This document shows, one piece after another, positions 25,477 through 37,100 of a DNA stretch of 64,000 bases (the first letter of the stretch is position 1; every line of letters begins with the position of its first letter). The notes below the pieces were generated by a model. It saw only the letters and a list, made by a program, of their open reading frames with translations. It was not told where the DNA came from and did not search any database. The position numbers were made by a program, and so were the translations under genes. The stretch spans positions 1 to 64,000 of the forward strand of contig JANJGN010001648.1 in the NCBI GenBank assembly GCA_026770705.1, in the 5' to 3' direction. This DNA is from Isurus oxyrinchus. Taxonomy: Eukaryota.

Positions 25477-25719
25477 TCAGACGTTACGTTGCACGGGGAG
25501 TGCGGATTTGAATTGAGGGGAGGGATGTTTGTATCTGGGACGTGGAGAGTGGTAGTATTGCTGCCGGTGACAGGCATTGGTCAGTTTCTTGCCTGTATCC
25601 CGATATTGGAACTTCGAGTCACCTCTACAACACAGAGTCCGAATCCTCGCACTCCCCCACCAAACCCTCCAACCCCTCCCCCCCCCACCCCCCCCAACAA
25701 AGCATCGGAATTTCCATAC

Positions 25720-25764
25720 CTCATACACGGAGGGTTGGCCAGAAGCTTTCTTACGCATCTGTAA
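25720..25764 (-). CDS. FCER1G: FCER1G-like cytoplasmic exon (exon 3 equivalent): LQMRKKASGQPSVYE, supplies the first ITAM tyrosine
   Basis: Minus strand: polypyrimidine tract cttttctttacaccttattcag|TTACAGATGCGT...GTGTATGAG|gtatgg. 45 nt, phase 0-0, open. Resembles human exon 3 IQVRKAAITSYE. Confidence 0.85.
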
Positions 25765-26007
25765 CTGAATAAGGTGTAAAGAAAAGAATGAGTCAAGGTC
25801 AGCGCGTGAGGCACAAACCCTCTCTCTCCTCCATCACTTCTCCGAACTCTTTTTCAAAAGACACACGTTCTCCGCCCCACCCCCACCCCCCACCCCCCCG
25901 TTGACCTAGTGGCTTCAAGCTGAGTCTTGGCAAACCTGCTCTGAATTATCTCCAAAATTAGGGGGTGCCCTCACTCCCAAACAGCGGAGAGCGTCTACTG
26001 AATCCCA

Positions 26008-27622
26008 CTGATGTTAACCCCTCTCCCCCCAGCACCCTGTGTTACTGACTGTATCTCTACTGATGTTAATCCAGCTCCCTCACACTGTCACTCAGTAAAC
26101 ACTCTCCCCCCAGCACCCTGTGTTACTGACTGTATATCTACTGATGTTAATCCAGCTCTCTCACACTGTCACTCAGTAACCCCTCTCCCCCAGCACCGTG
26201 TTACTGACTGTATCTCTACTGATGTTAATCCAGCTCCCTCACACTGTCACTCAGTAACCCCTCTCCCCCAGCACGCTGTGTTACTGACTGTATCTCTACT
26301 GATGTTAATCCAGCTCCCTCACACTGTCACTCAGTAACCCCTATCCCCCAGCACACTGTGTAACTGACTGTATCTCTACTGATGTTAATCCAACTCCCTC
26401 ACACTGTCACTCAGTAACCCCTCTCCCCCCAGCACCCTGTGTTACTGACTGTATCTCTACTGATGTTAATCCAGCTCCCTCGCACTGTCACTCAGTAACC
26501 CCTCTCCCCCAGCGCCCTGTGTTACTGACTGTATCTCTACTGATGTTAATCCAGCTCCCTCACACTGTCACTCAGTAACCCCTCTCTCCCCAGCACCCTG
26601 TGTTACTGACTGTATCTCTACTGATGTTAATCCAGCTCCCTCACACTGTCACTCAGTAACCCCTCTCCCCCCAGCTCCCTGTGTTACTGTCTGTATCTCT
26701 ACTGATGTTAATCCAGCTCCCTCACACTGTCACTCAGTAACCCATCTCCCCCCAGCACCCTGTGTTACTGTCTGTATCTCTACTGATGTTAATCCAGCTC
26801 CCTCACACTGTCACTCAGTAACCCCTCTCCCCCCAGCACCCTGTGTTACTGACTGTATCTCTACTGATGTTAATCCAGCTCCCTCACACTGTCACTCAGT
26901 AACCCCTCTCCCCCAGCACCCTGTGTTACTGACTGTATCTCTACTGATGTTAATCCAGCTCCCTCACACTGTCACTCAGTAACCCCTCTCCCCCAACACC
27001 CTGTGTTACTGACTGTATCTCTATTGATGTTAATCCAGATACCTCACACTGTCACTCAGTAACCCCTCTTCCGCCAGCAATCTGTGTTACTGACTGTATC
27101 TCTACTGATGTTAATCCAGATACCTCACACTGTCTCTCAGTAACCCCTCTCCCCCAACGCCCTGTGTTACTGACTGTATCTCTACTGATGTTAATCCAGC
27201 TCCCTCACACTGTCACTCAGTAACCTGTCTCCCCCCAGCACCCTGTGTTACTGACTGTATCTCTACTGATGTTAACCCAGCTCCCTCACACTGTCACTCA
27301 GTAAACCCTCTCCCCCAGCGCCCTGTGTTACTGACTGTATCTCTACTGATGTTAATCCAGCTCTCTCACACTGTCACTCAGTAACCCCTCTCCCCCCAGC
27401 ACCCTGTGTTACTGACTGTATCTCTACTGATGTTAATCCAGCTCTCTCACACTGTCACTCAGTAACCCCTCTCCCCCAGCGCCCTGTGTTACTGACTGTA
27501 TCTCTACTGATGTTAATCCAGCTCCCTCACACTGTCACTCAGTAACCCCTCTCCCCCCAGCACCCTGTGTTACTGACTGTATCTCTACTGATGTTAATCC
27601 AGCTCCCTCACTCAGTCACCCC
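26008..27622. repeat. 80-82-bp intronic minisatellite, ~20 copies
   Basis: Unit CTGATGTTAATCCAGCTCCCTCACACTGTCACTCAGTAACCCCTCTCCCCCCAGCACCCTGTGTTACTGACTGTATCTCTA. Confidence 0.97.
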
Positions 27623-27634
27623 TCTAGCCCTTAC

Positions 27635-27726
27635 CTTCAGGCGACAGTAGAGAGCAGTTAAAACAATTCCATAGACGAACAGGGCAGCATCCAAGACATA
27701 ACAGACTTCTGGTGGCTGGAGCGCTT
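27635..27726 (-). CDS. FCER1G: FcR-gamma (FCER1G)-like adaptor, exon with short ectodomain and transmembrane helix (exon 2 equivalent): xALQPPEVCYVLDAALFVYGIVLTALYCRLK
   Basis: Minus strand reads ...cccctctcccctaatccag|AAGCGCTCC...CGCCTGAAG|gtaagg. The exon is 92 nt, phase 1 to phase 0. The peptide matches the FcR-gamma TM signature (human [31 protein letters not shown]), including the dimerisation Cys, TM Asp and YCRLK. Confidence 0.93.
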
Positions 27727-27889
27727 CTGGATTAGGGGAGAGGGGAGTTATTAAGACAAGTTCCATTGCCTATTCAGCCCCAATGACAGTGCCTCCAGCA
27801 TCTCCTGGCCCCGCTCACAGCCTGCCCTGCCTTCTGGGATCGAGCCGAGTGTCTGGCTTTGCCCTATGAGAGGACAGATAATGCACACA

Positions 27890-28035
27890 CCACATCGCTG
27901 TGGGTCTGAATCAGTCCTGGGCCAGAGTCGAGTGCCAAGGCTCCTGACACTGGTGGATTCTAATAACTTACCACTCTGATCACCATCAGCACCACCGAGA
28001 ATACCTTTTCATTCCAGGTTGGGTGAATAAATTGT
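27890..28035 (-). mobile_element. Degraded SINE fragment, probably the same family as 2213-2344
   Basis: Reverse strand CTGGAATGAAAAG matches CTGGAATTAAAAG at 2332-2344. The remainder is assigned from recalled similarity only. Confidence 0.4.
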
Positions 28036-28199
28036 TCACGTTTGCGAGCATGGACAATTATACTCCTTGTGTCTCAGTCTCCCCCGGTCTCGCTCTCTCA
28101 CACTGGTTATCTGTCCTTCTCTCTCTCCCCTTCTCTCACTCTCTCTGACTCCTAGTTTCCGTCTCTCACAGTGTCACATTCAGCCTCATGCTCTGACTG

Positions 28200-31100
28200 T
28201 CCCCTTCTCTCTCTGTGTACATCTCTCCCTCTGTCACATTTTGCTCTCTCTGTGTACATCTCTCCCTCTGTCACATTTTACTCTCTCTGTGTACATCTCT
28301 CCCTCTCTCTCTGTCACCTTTTACTCTCTCTGTGTACATCTCTCCCTCTCTCTGTCACCTTTTACTCTCTGTGTACATCTCTCCCTCTCTCTCTGTCACC
28401 TTTTACTCTCTGTGTACATCTCTCCCTCTCTCTGTCACCTTTTACTCTCTCTGTACATCTCTCCCTCTCTCTGTCACCTTTTACTCTCTCTGTACATCTC
28501 TCCCTCTCTCTCTCTGTCACCTTTTACTATCTCTCTGTGTACATCTCTCCCTTTCTCTGTTACAGTTTACTCTCTCTCAGTGTACATCTCTTCCTCTCTC
28601 TGTCACCTTTTACTCTCTCTGTGTACATCTCACTCTCTCTCTGTCACCTTTTACTCTCTGTGTACATCTCTCCCTCTCTCTGTCACCTTTTACTCTCTCT
28701 GCACATCTCTCCCTCTCTCTGTCACCTTTTACTCTCTGTGTACATCTCTCCCTCTCTCTCTCTGCCACCTTTTACTCTCTCTGTACATCTCTCCCTCTCT
28801 CTCTCTGTCACCTTTTACTCTCTCTCTGTGTACATCTCTCCCTCTCTCTGTTACAGTTTACTCTCTCTCTGTGTACATCTCTCCCTCTCTCTGTCACCTT
28901 TTACTCTCTGTGTACATCCCTCCCTCTCTTTGTCACCTTTTACTCTCTCTCTGTGTACATCTCTCCCTCTCTCTGTTACAGTTTACTCTCTCTCTGTGTA
29001 CATCTCTCCCTCTCTCTGTTACAGTTTACTCTCTCTGTGTACATCTCTTCCTCTCTCTGTCACCTTTTACTCTCTCTCTGTGTACATCTCTTCCTCTCTC
29101 TGTCACCTTTTACTCTCTCTGTGTACATCTCTCCCTCTCTCTGTCACCTTTTACTCTCTCTCTGTACATCTCTCCCTCTCTCTGTCACCTTTTACTCTCT
29201 CTGTGTAAATCTCTCTCTCTCTCTGTCACCTTTTACTCTCTGTGTACATCTCTCCCTCTCTCTCTCTGTCACCTTTTACTCTCTCTGTACATCTCTCCCT
29301 CTCTCTCTCTGTCACATTTTACTCTCACTCTGTGTACATCTCTCCCTCTCTCTGTTACAGTTTACTCTCTCTCTGTGTGCATCTCTCCCTCTCTCTGTTA
29401 CAGTTTACTCTCTCTCTGTGTACATCTCTCCCTCTCTCTGTTACAGTTTACTCTCTCTCTGTGTACATCTCTCCCTCTCTCTCTGTCACCTTTTACTCTC
29501 TGTGTACATCTCTCCCTCTCTCTGTCACCTTTTACTCTTTCTCTGTGTACATCTCTCCCTCTCTCTCTCTGTCACCTTTTACTCTCTCTGTGTACATCTC
29601 TCCCTCTCTCTGTCACCTTTTACTCTCTCTGTGTACATCTCTCCCTCTCTCTCTCTGTCACCTTTTACTCTCTGTGTACATCTCTCTCTCTCTCTGTCAC
29701 CTTTTACGCTCTCAGTGTACATCTCTCCCTGTCTCTCTCTGTCACCTTTTACTCTCTGTGTACATCTCTCCCTCTCTCTGTCACCTTTTACTCTCTCTGT
29801 ACATCTCTCCCTCTCTCTCTCTGTCACCTTTTACTCTCTCTGTGTACATCTCTCCCTCACTCTGTCACCTTTTACTCTCTCTGTGTACATCTCTCCCTCT
29901 CTCTGTCACCTTATACTCTCTCTGTGTACATCTCTCCCTCTCTCTCTCTGTCACCTTTTACTCTCTGTGTACATCTCTCCCTCTCTCTCTCTGTCACCTT
30001 TTACTCTCTGTGTACATCTCTCCCTCTCTCTGTCACCTTTTACTCTCTCTGTACATCTCTCCCTCTCTCTGTCATCTTTTACTCTCTCTCTCTGTGTACA
30101 TCTCTCCCTCTCTCTGTCACCTTTTACTCTCTCTCTGTGTACATCTCTCCCTCTCTCTCTGTCACCTTTTACTCTCTCTGTGTACATCTTTCCCTCTCTC
30201 TCTCTGTCACCTTTGACTCTCTGTGTACATCTCTCCCTCTCTCTCTCTGTCACCCTTTACTCTCTTTGTGTACATCTCTCCCTCTCTCTCTCTGTCACAT
30301 TTTAGTCTCTCTGTGTACATCTCTCCCTCTCTCTCTCCCTGTCACCTTTTACTCTCTCTCTGTGTACATCTCTGCCTCTCTCTCTCTCTGTCACCTTTAA
30401 CTCTCTGTGTACATCTCTCCCTCTCTCTCTCTGTCACATTTTACTCTCTCTCTGTGTACATCTCTCCCTCTCTCTGTTACAGTTTACTCTCTCTCTGTGT
30501 ACATCTCTCCCTCTCTCTGTCACCTTTTACTCTTTCTCTGTGTACATCTCTCCCTCTCTCTCTCTGTCACCTTTTACTCTCTCTGTGTACATCTCTCTCT
30601 CTCTCTCTGTCACCTTTTACGCTCTCAGTGTACATCTCTCCCTGTCTCTCTCTGTCACCTTTTACTCTCTGTGTACATCTCTCCCTCTCTCTGTCACCTT
30701 TTACTCTCTGTGTACATCTCTCCCTCTCTCTCTCTGTAACCTTTTACTCTCTCTGTGTACATCGCTCCCTCTCTCTCTCTGTCACCTTTTACTCTCTGTG
30801 TACATCTCTCCCTCACTCTGTCACCTTTTACTCTCTGTGTGTACATCTCTCCCTCTCTCTGTCACCTTATACTCTCTCTGTGTACATCTCTCCCTCTCTC
30901 TCTCTGTCACCTTTTACTCTCTGTGTACATCTCTCCCTCTCTCTCTCTGTCACCTTTTACTCTCTGTGTACATCTCTCCCTCTCTCTCTGTCACCTTTTA
31001 CTCTCTGTGTAGATCTCTCCCTCTCTCTCTCTGTCACCTTTTACTCTCTGTGTACATCTCTCCCTCTCTCTGTCACCTTTTACTCTCTCTGCACATCTCT

Positions 31101-34100
31101 CCCTCTCTCTGTCACCTTATACTCTCTCTGTGTACATCTCTCCCTCTCTCTCTCTGTCACCTTTTACTCTCTCTGTGTACATCGCTCCCTCTCTCGCTCT
31201 GTCACCTTTTACTCTCTTTGTGTACATCTCTCCCTCTCTCTCTCTGTCACCTTTTACTCTCTCTCTGTGTACATCTCTCCCTCTCTCTCTCTGTCACATT
31301 TTACTCTCTCTGTGTACATCTCTCTCTCTCTCTCTCCCTGTCACCTTTTACTCTCTCTCTGTGTACATCTCTCCCTCTCTCTCTCTGTCACCTTTTACTC
31401 TCTGTGTACATCTCTCCCTCTCTCTCTCTGTCACCTTATACTCTCTGTGTACATCTCTCCCTCTCTCTGTCACCTTTTACTCTCTGTTTACATCTCTCCT
31501 TCTCTCTGTCACCTTTTACTCTCTGTGTACATCTCTCCCTCTCTCTGTCACCTTTTACTCTCTCTCTGTACATCTCTCCCTCTCTCTCTCTGTCACCTTT
31601 TACTCACTCTGTGTACATCTCTCCCTCTCTCTGTCACCTTTTACTCTCTCTCTGTACATCTCTCCCTCTCTCTCTCTGTCACCTTTTACTCTCTCTGTGT
31701 ACATCTCTCCTTCTCTCTCTCTGTCACCTTTTACTCTCTGTGTACATCTCTCCCTCTCTCTGTCACCTTTTACTCTCTGTTTACATCTCTCCCTCTCTCT
31801 GTCACCTTTTACTCTCTCTCTGTGTACATCTCTCCCTCTCTCTCTCTGTCACCTTTTACTCTCTGTGTACATCTCTCCCTCTCTCTGTCACCTTTTACTC
31901 TCTGTTTACATCTCTACCTCTCTCTGTCACCTTTTACTCTCTCTGTGTACATCTCTCCCTCTCTCTCTCTGTCACCTTTTACTCTCTCTGTGTACATCTC
32001 TCCCTCTCTCTCTCTGTCACCTTTTACTCTCTCTGTGTACATCTCTCCCTCTCTCTCTCTCTGTCACTTTTTACTCTCTCTCTGTGTACATCTCTCCCTC
32101 TCTATCACTGTCACCTTTTACTCTCTCTCTGTGTACATCTCTCCCTCTCTCTCTCTGTCACCTTTTACTCTCTGTGTGTACATCTCTCCCTCTCACTCTG
32201 TCACCTTTTATTCACTCTCTGTGTACATCTCTCCCTCTCTCTCTCTGTCACCTTTTACTCTCTGTGTACATCTCTCCCTCTCTCTGTCACCTTTTACTCT
32301 CTGTGTACATCTCTCCCTCTCTCTCTCTGTCACCTTTTACTCTCTCTGTGTACATCTCTCCCTCTCTCTCTCTGTCACCTTTTACTCTCTCTGTGTACAT
32401 CTCTCCCTCTCTCTCTCTGTCACCTTTTACTCTCTCTGTGTACATCTCTCCCTCTCTCTCTCTCTGTCACTTTTTACTCTCTCTCTGTGTACATCTCTCC
32501 CTCTCTATCACTGTCACCTTTTACTCTCTCTCTGTGTACATCTCTCCCTCTCTCTCTCTGTCACCTTTTACTCTCTGTGTGTACATCTCTCCCTCTCACT
32601 CTGTCACCTTTTATTCACTCTCTGTGTACATCTCTCCCTCTCTCTCTCTGTCACCTTTTACTCTCTGTGTACATCTCTCCCTCTCTCTCTCTGTCACCTT
32701 TTACTCTCTCTGTGTACATCCCTCTCTCTCTCTCTCTGTCACCTTTTACTCTCTGTGTACATCCCTCCCTCTCTCTCTCTGTCACATTTTACTCTCTCTG
32801 TGTACATCTCTCTCTCTCTCTCTCCCTGTCACCTTTTACTCTCTCTCTGTGTACATCTCTCCCTCTCTCTCTCTGTCACCTTTTACTCTCTGTGTACATC
32901 TCTCCCTCTCTCTCTCTGTCACCTTATACTCTCTGTGTACATCTCTCCCTCTCTCTGTCACCTTTTACTCTCTGTTTACATCTCTCCCTCTCTCTGTCAC
33001 CTTTTACTCTCTGTGTACATCTCTCCCTCTCTCTGTCACCTTTTACTCTCTCTGTGTACATCTCTCCCTCTCTCTCTCTGTCACCTTTTACTCTCTGTGT
33101 ACATCTCTCCCTCTCTCTCTCTGTCACCTTTTACTCACTCTGTGTACATCTCTCCCTCTCTCTGTCACCTTTTACTCTCTCTCTGTACATCTCTCCCTCT
33201 CTCTCTCTGTCACCTTTTACTCTCTCTGTGTACATCTCTCCTTCTCTCTCTCTGTCACCTTTTACTCTCTGTGTACATCTCTCCCTCTCTCTGTCACCTT
33301 TTACTCTCTGTGTACATCTCTCCCTCTCTCTGTCACCTTTTACTTTCTGTGTACATCTCTCCCTCTCTCTGTCACCTTTTACTCTCTCTCTGTGTACATC
33401 TCTCCCTCTCTCTGTCACCTTTTACTCTCTCTGTGTACATCTCTCCCTCTCTCTCTCTGTCACCTTTTACTGTCTCTGTGTACATCTCTCCCTCTCTCTC
33501 TGTCACCTTTTACTCTCTCTGTGTACATCTCTCCCTCTCTCTCTCTCTGTCACTTTTTACTCTCTCTCTGTGTACATCTCTCCCTCTCTATCTCTGTCAC
33601 CTTTTACTCTCTTTCTGTTTACATCTCTCCCTCTCTCTCTCTGTCACCTTTTACTCTCTGTGTGTACATCTCTCCCTCTCACTCTGTCACCTTTTATTCA
33701 CTCTCTGTGTACATCTCTCCCTCTCTCTCTCTGTCACCTTTTACTCTCTGTGTACATCTCTCCCTCTCTCTGTCACCTTTTACTCTCTGTGTACATCTCT
33801 CCCTCTCTCTCTCTGTCACCTTTTACTCTCTGTGTACATCTCTCCCTCTCTCTCTCTGTCACCTTTTACTCTCTCTGTGTACATCCCTCTCTCTCTCTCT
33901 GTCACCTTTTACTCTCTGTGTACATCCCTCCCTCTCTCTCTCTGTCACCTTTTACTCTCTGTGTACATCTCTCCCTCTCTCTCTCTGTCACCTTTTACTC
34001 TCTGTGTACATCTCTCCCTCTCTCTCTCTGTCACCTTATACTCTCTGTGTACATCTCTCCCTCTCTCTGTCACCTTTTACTCTCTGTTTACATCTCTCCC

Positions 34101-37100
34101 TCTCTCTGTCACCTTTTACTCTCTGTGTACATCTCTCCCTCTCTCTGTCACCTATTACTCTCTCTGTGTACATCTCTCCCTCTCTCTCCCTGTCACCTTT
34201 TACTCTCTGTGTACATCTCTCCCTCTCTCTCTCTGTCACCTTTTACTCACTCTGTGTACATCTCTCCCTCTCTCTGTCACCTTTTAATCTCTCTCTGTAC
34301 ATCTCTCCCTCTCTCTCTCTGTCACCTTTTACTCTCTCTGTGTACATCTCTCCTTCTCTCTGTCACCTTTTACTCTCTGTGTACATCTCTCCCTCTCTCT
34401 GTCACCTTTTACTCTCTCTCTGTACATCTCTCCCTCTCTCTCTCTGTCACCTTTTACTCACTCTGTGTACATCTCTCCCTCTCTCTGTCACCTTTTACTC
34501 TCTCTCTGTACATCTCTCCCTCTCTCTCTCTGTCACCTTTTACTCTCTCTGTGTACATCTCTCCTTCTCTCTCTCTGTCACCTTTTACTCTCTGTGTACA
34601 TCTCTCCCTCTCTCTGTCACCTTTTACTCTCTGTTTACATCTCTCCCTCTCTCTGTCACCTTTTACTCTCTCTCTGTGTACATCTCTCCCTCTCTCTCTC
34701 TGTCACCTTTTACTCTCTGTGTACATCTCTCCCTCTCTCTGTCACCTTTTACTCTCTGTTTACATCTCTACCTCTCTCTGTCACCTTTTACTCTCTCTGT
34801 GTACATCTCTCCCTCTCTCTCTCTGTCACCTTTTACTCTCTCTGTGTACATCTCTCCCTCTCTCTCTCTCTGTCACTTTTTACTCTCTCTCTGTGTACAT
34901 CTCTCCCTCTCTATCACTGTCACCTTTTACTCTCTCTCTGTGTACATCTCTCCCTCTCTCTCTCTGTCACCTTTTACTCTCTGTGTGTACATCTCTCCCT
35001 CTCACTCTGTCACCTTTTATTCACTCTCTGTGTACATCTCTCCCTCTCTCTCTCTGTCACCTTTTACTCTCTGTGTACATCTCTCCCTCTCTCTGTCACC
35101 TTTTACTCTCTGTGTACATCTCTCCCTCTCTCTCTCTGTCACCTTTTACTCTCTCTGTGTACATCTCTCCCTCTCTCTCTCTGTCACCTTTTACTCTCTC
35201 TGTGTACATCTCTCCCTCTCTCTCTCTGTCACCTTTTACTCTCTCTGTGTACATCTCTCCCTCTCTCTCTCTCTGTCACTTTTTACTCTCTCTCTGTGTA
35301 CATCTCTCCCTCTCTATCACTGTCACCTTTTACTCTCTCTCTGTGTACATCTCTCCCTCTCTCTCTCTGTCACCTTTTACTCACTGTGTGTACATCTCTC
35401 CCTCTCACTCTGTCACCTTTTATTCACTCTCTGTGTACATCTCTCCCTCTCTCTCTCTGTCACCTTTTACTCTCTGTGTACATCTCTCCCTCTCTCTCTC
35501 TGTCACCTTTTACTCTCTCTGTGTACATCCCTCTCTCTCTCTCTCTGTCACCTTTTACTCTCTGTGTACATCCCTCCCTCTCTCTCTCTGTCACATTTTA
35601 CTCTCTCTGTGTACATCTCTCTCTCTCTCTCTCCCTGTCACCTTTTACTCTCTCTCTGTGTACATCTCTCCCTCTCTCTCTCTGTCACCTTTTACTCTCT
35701 GTGTACATCTCTCCCTCTCTCTCTCTGTCACCTTATACTCTCTGTGTACATCTCTCCCTCTCTCTGTCACCTTTTACTCTCTGTTTACATCTCTCCCTCT
35801 CTCTGTCACCTTTTACTCTCTGTGTACATCTCTCCCTCTCTCTGTCACCTTTTACTCTCTCTGTGTACATCTCTCCCTCTCTCTCTCTGTCACCTTTTAC
35901 TCTCTGTGTACATCTCTCCCTCTCTCTCTCTGTCACCTTTTACTCACTCTGTGTACATCTCTCCCTCTCTCTGTCACCTTTTACTCTCTCTCTGTACATC
36001 TCTCCCTCTCTCTCTCTGTCACCTTTTACTCTCTCTGTGTACATCTCTCCTTCTCTCTCTCTGTCACCTTTTACTCTCTGTGTACATCTCTCCCTCTCTC
36101 TGTCACCTTTTACTCTCTGTGTACATCTCTCCCTCTCTCTGTCACCTTTTACTTTCTGTGTACATCTCTCCCTCTCTCTGTCACCTTTTACTCTCTCTCT
36201 GTGTACATCTCTCCCTCTCTCTGTCACCTTTTACTCTCTCTGTGTACATCTCTCCCTCTCTCTCTCTGTCACCTTTTACTGTCTCTGTGTACATCTCTCC
36301 CTCTCTCTCTGTCACCTTTTACTCTCTCTGTGTACATCTCTCCCTCTCTCTCTCTCTGTCACTTTTTACTCTCTCTCTGTGTACATCTCTCCCTCTCTAT
36401 CTCTGTCACCTTTTACTCTCTTTCTGTTTACATCTCTCCCTCTCTCTCTCTGTCACCTTTTACTCTCTGTGTGTACATCTCTCCCTCTCACTCTGTCACC
36501 TTTTATTCACTCTCTGTGTACATCTCTCCCTCTCTCTCTCTGTCACCTTTTACTCTCTGTGTACATCTCTCCCTCTCTCTGTCACCTTTTACTCTCTGTG
36601 TACATCTCTCCCTCTCTCTCTCTGTCACCTTTTACTCTCTGTGTACATCTCTCCCTCTCTCTCTCTGTCACCTTTTACTCTCTCTGTGTACATCCCTCTC
36701 TCTCTCTCTGTCACCTTTTACTCTCTGTGTACATCCCTCCCTCTCTCTCTCTGTCACCTTTTACTCTCTGTGTACATCTCTCCCTCTCTCTCTCTGTCAC
36801 CTTTTACTCTCTGTGTACATCTCTCCCTCTCTCTCTCTGTCACCTTATACTCTCTGTGTACATCTCTCCCTCTCTCTGTCACCTTTTACTCTCTGTTTAC
36901 ATCTCTCCCTCTCTCTGTCACCTTTTACTCTCTGTGTACATCTCTCCCTCTCTCTGTCACCTTTTAATCTCTCTGTGTACATCTCTCCCTCTCTCTCCCT
37001 GTCACCTTTTACTCTCTGTGTACATCTCTCCCTCTCTCTCTCTGTCACCTTTTACTCACTCTGTGTACATCTCTCCCTCTCTCTGTCACCTTTTAATCTC

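Noticed and set aside
27965-28015. Minus-strand GTG|GTAAGT donor with a nearby ATG as possible exon 1
   Set aside because: The ATG frame stops at TGA. The required phase-1 frame has a stop and no signal peptide. The region looks like a SINE relic.
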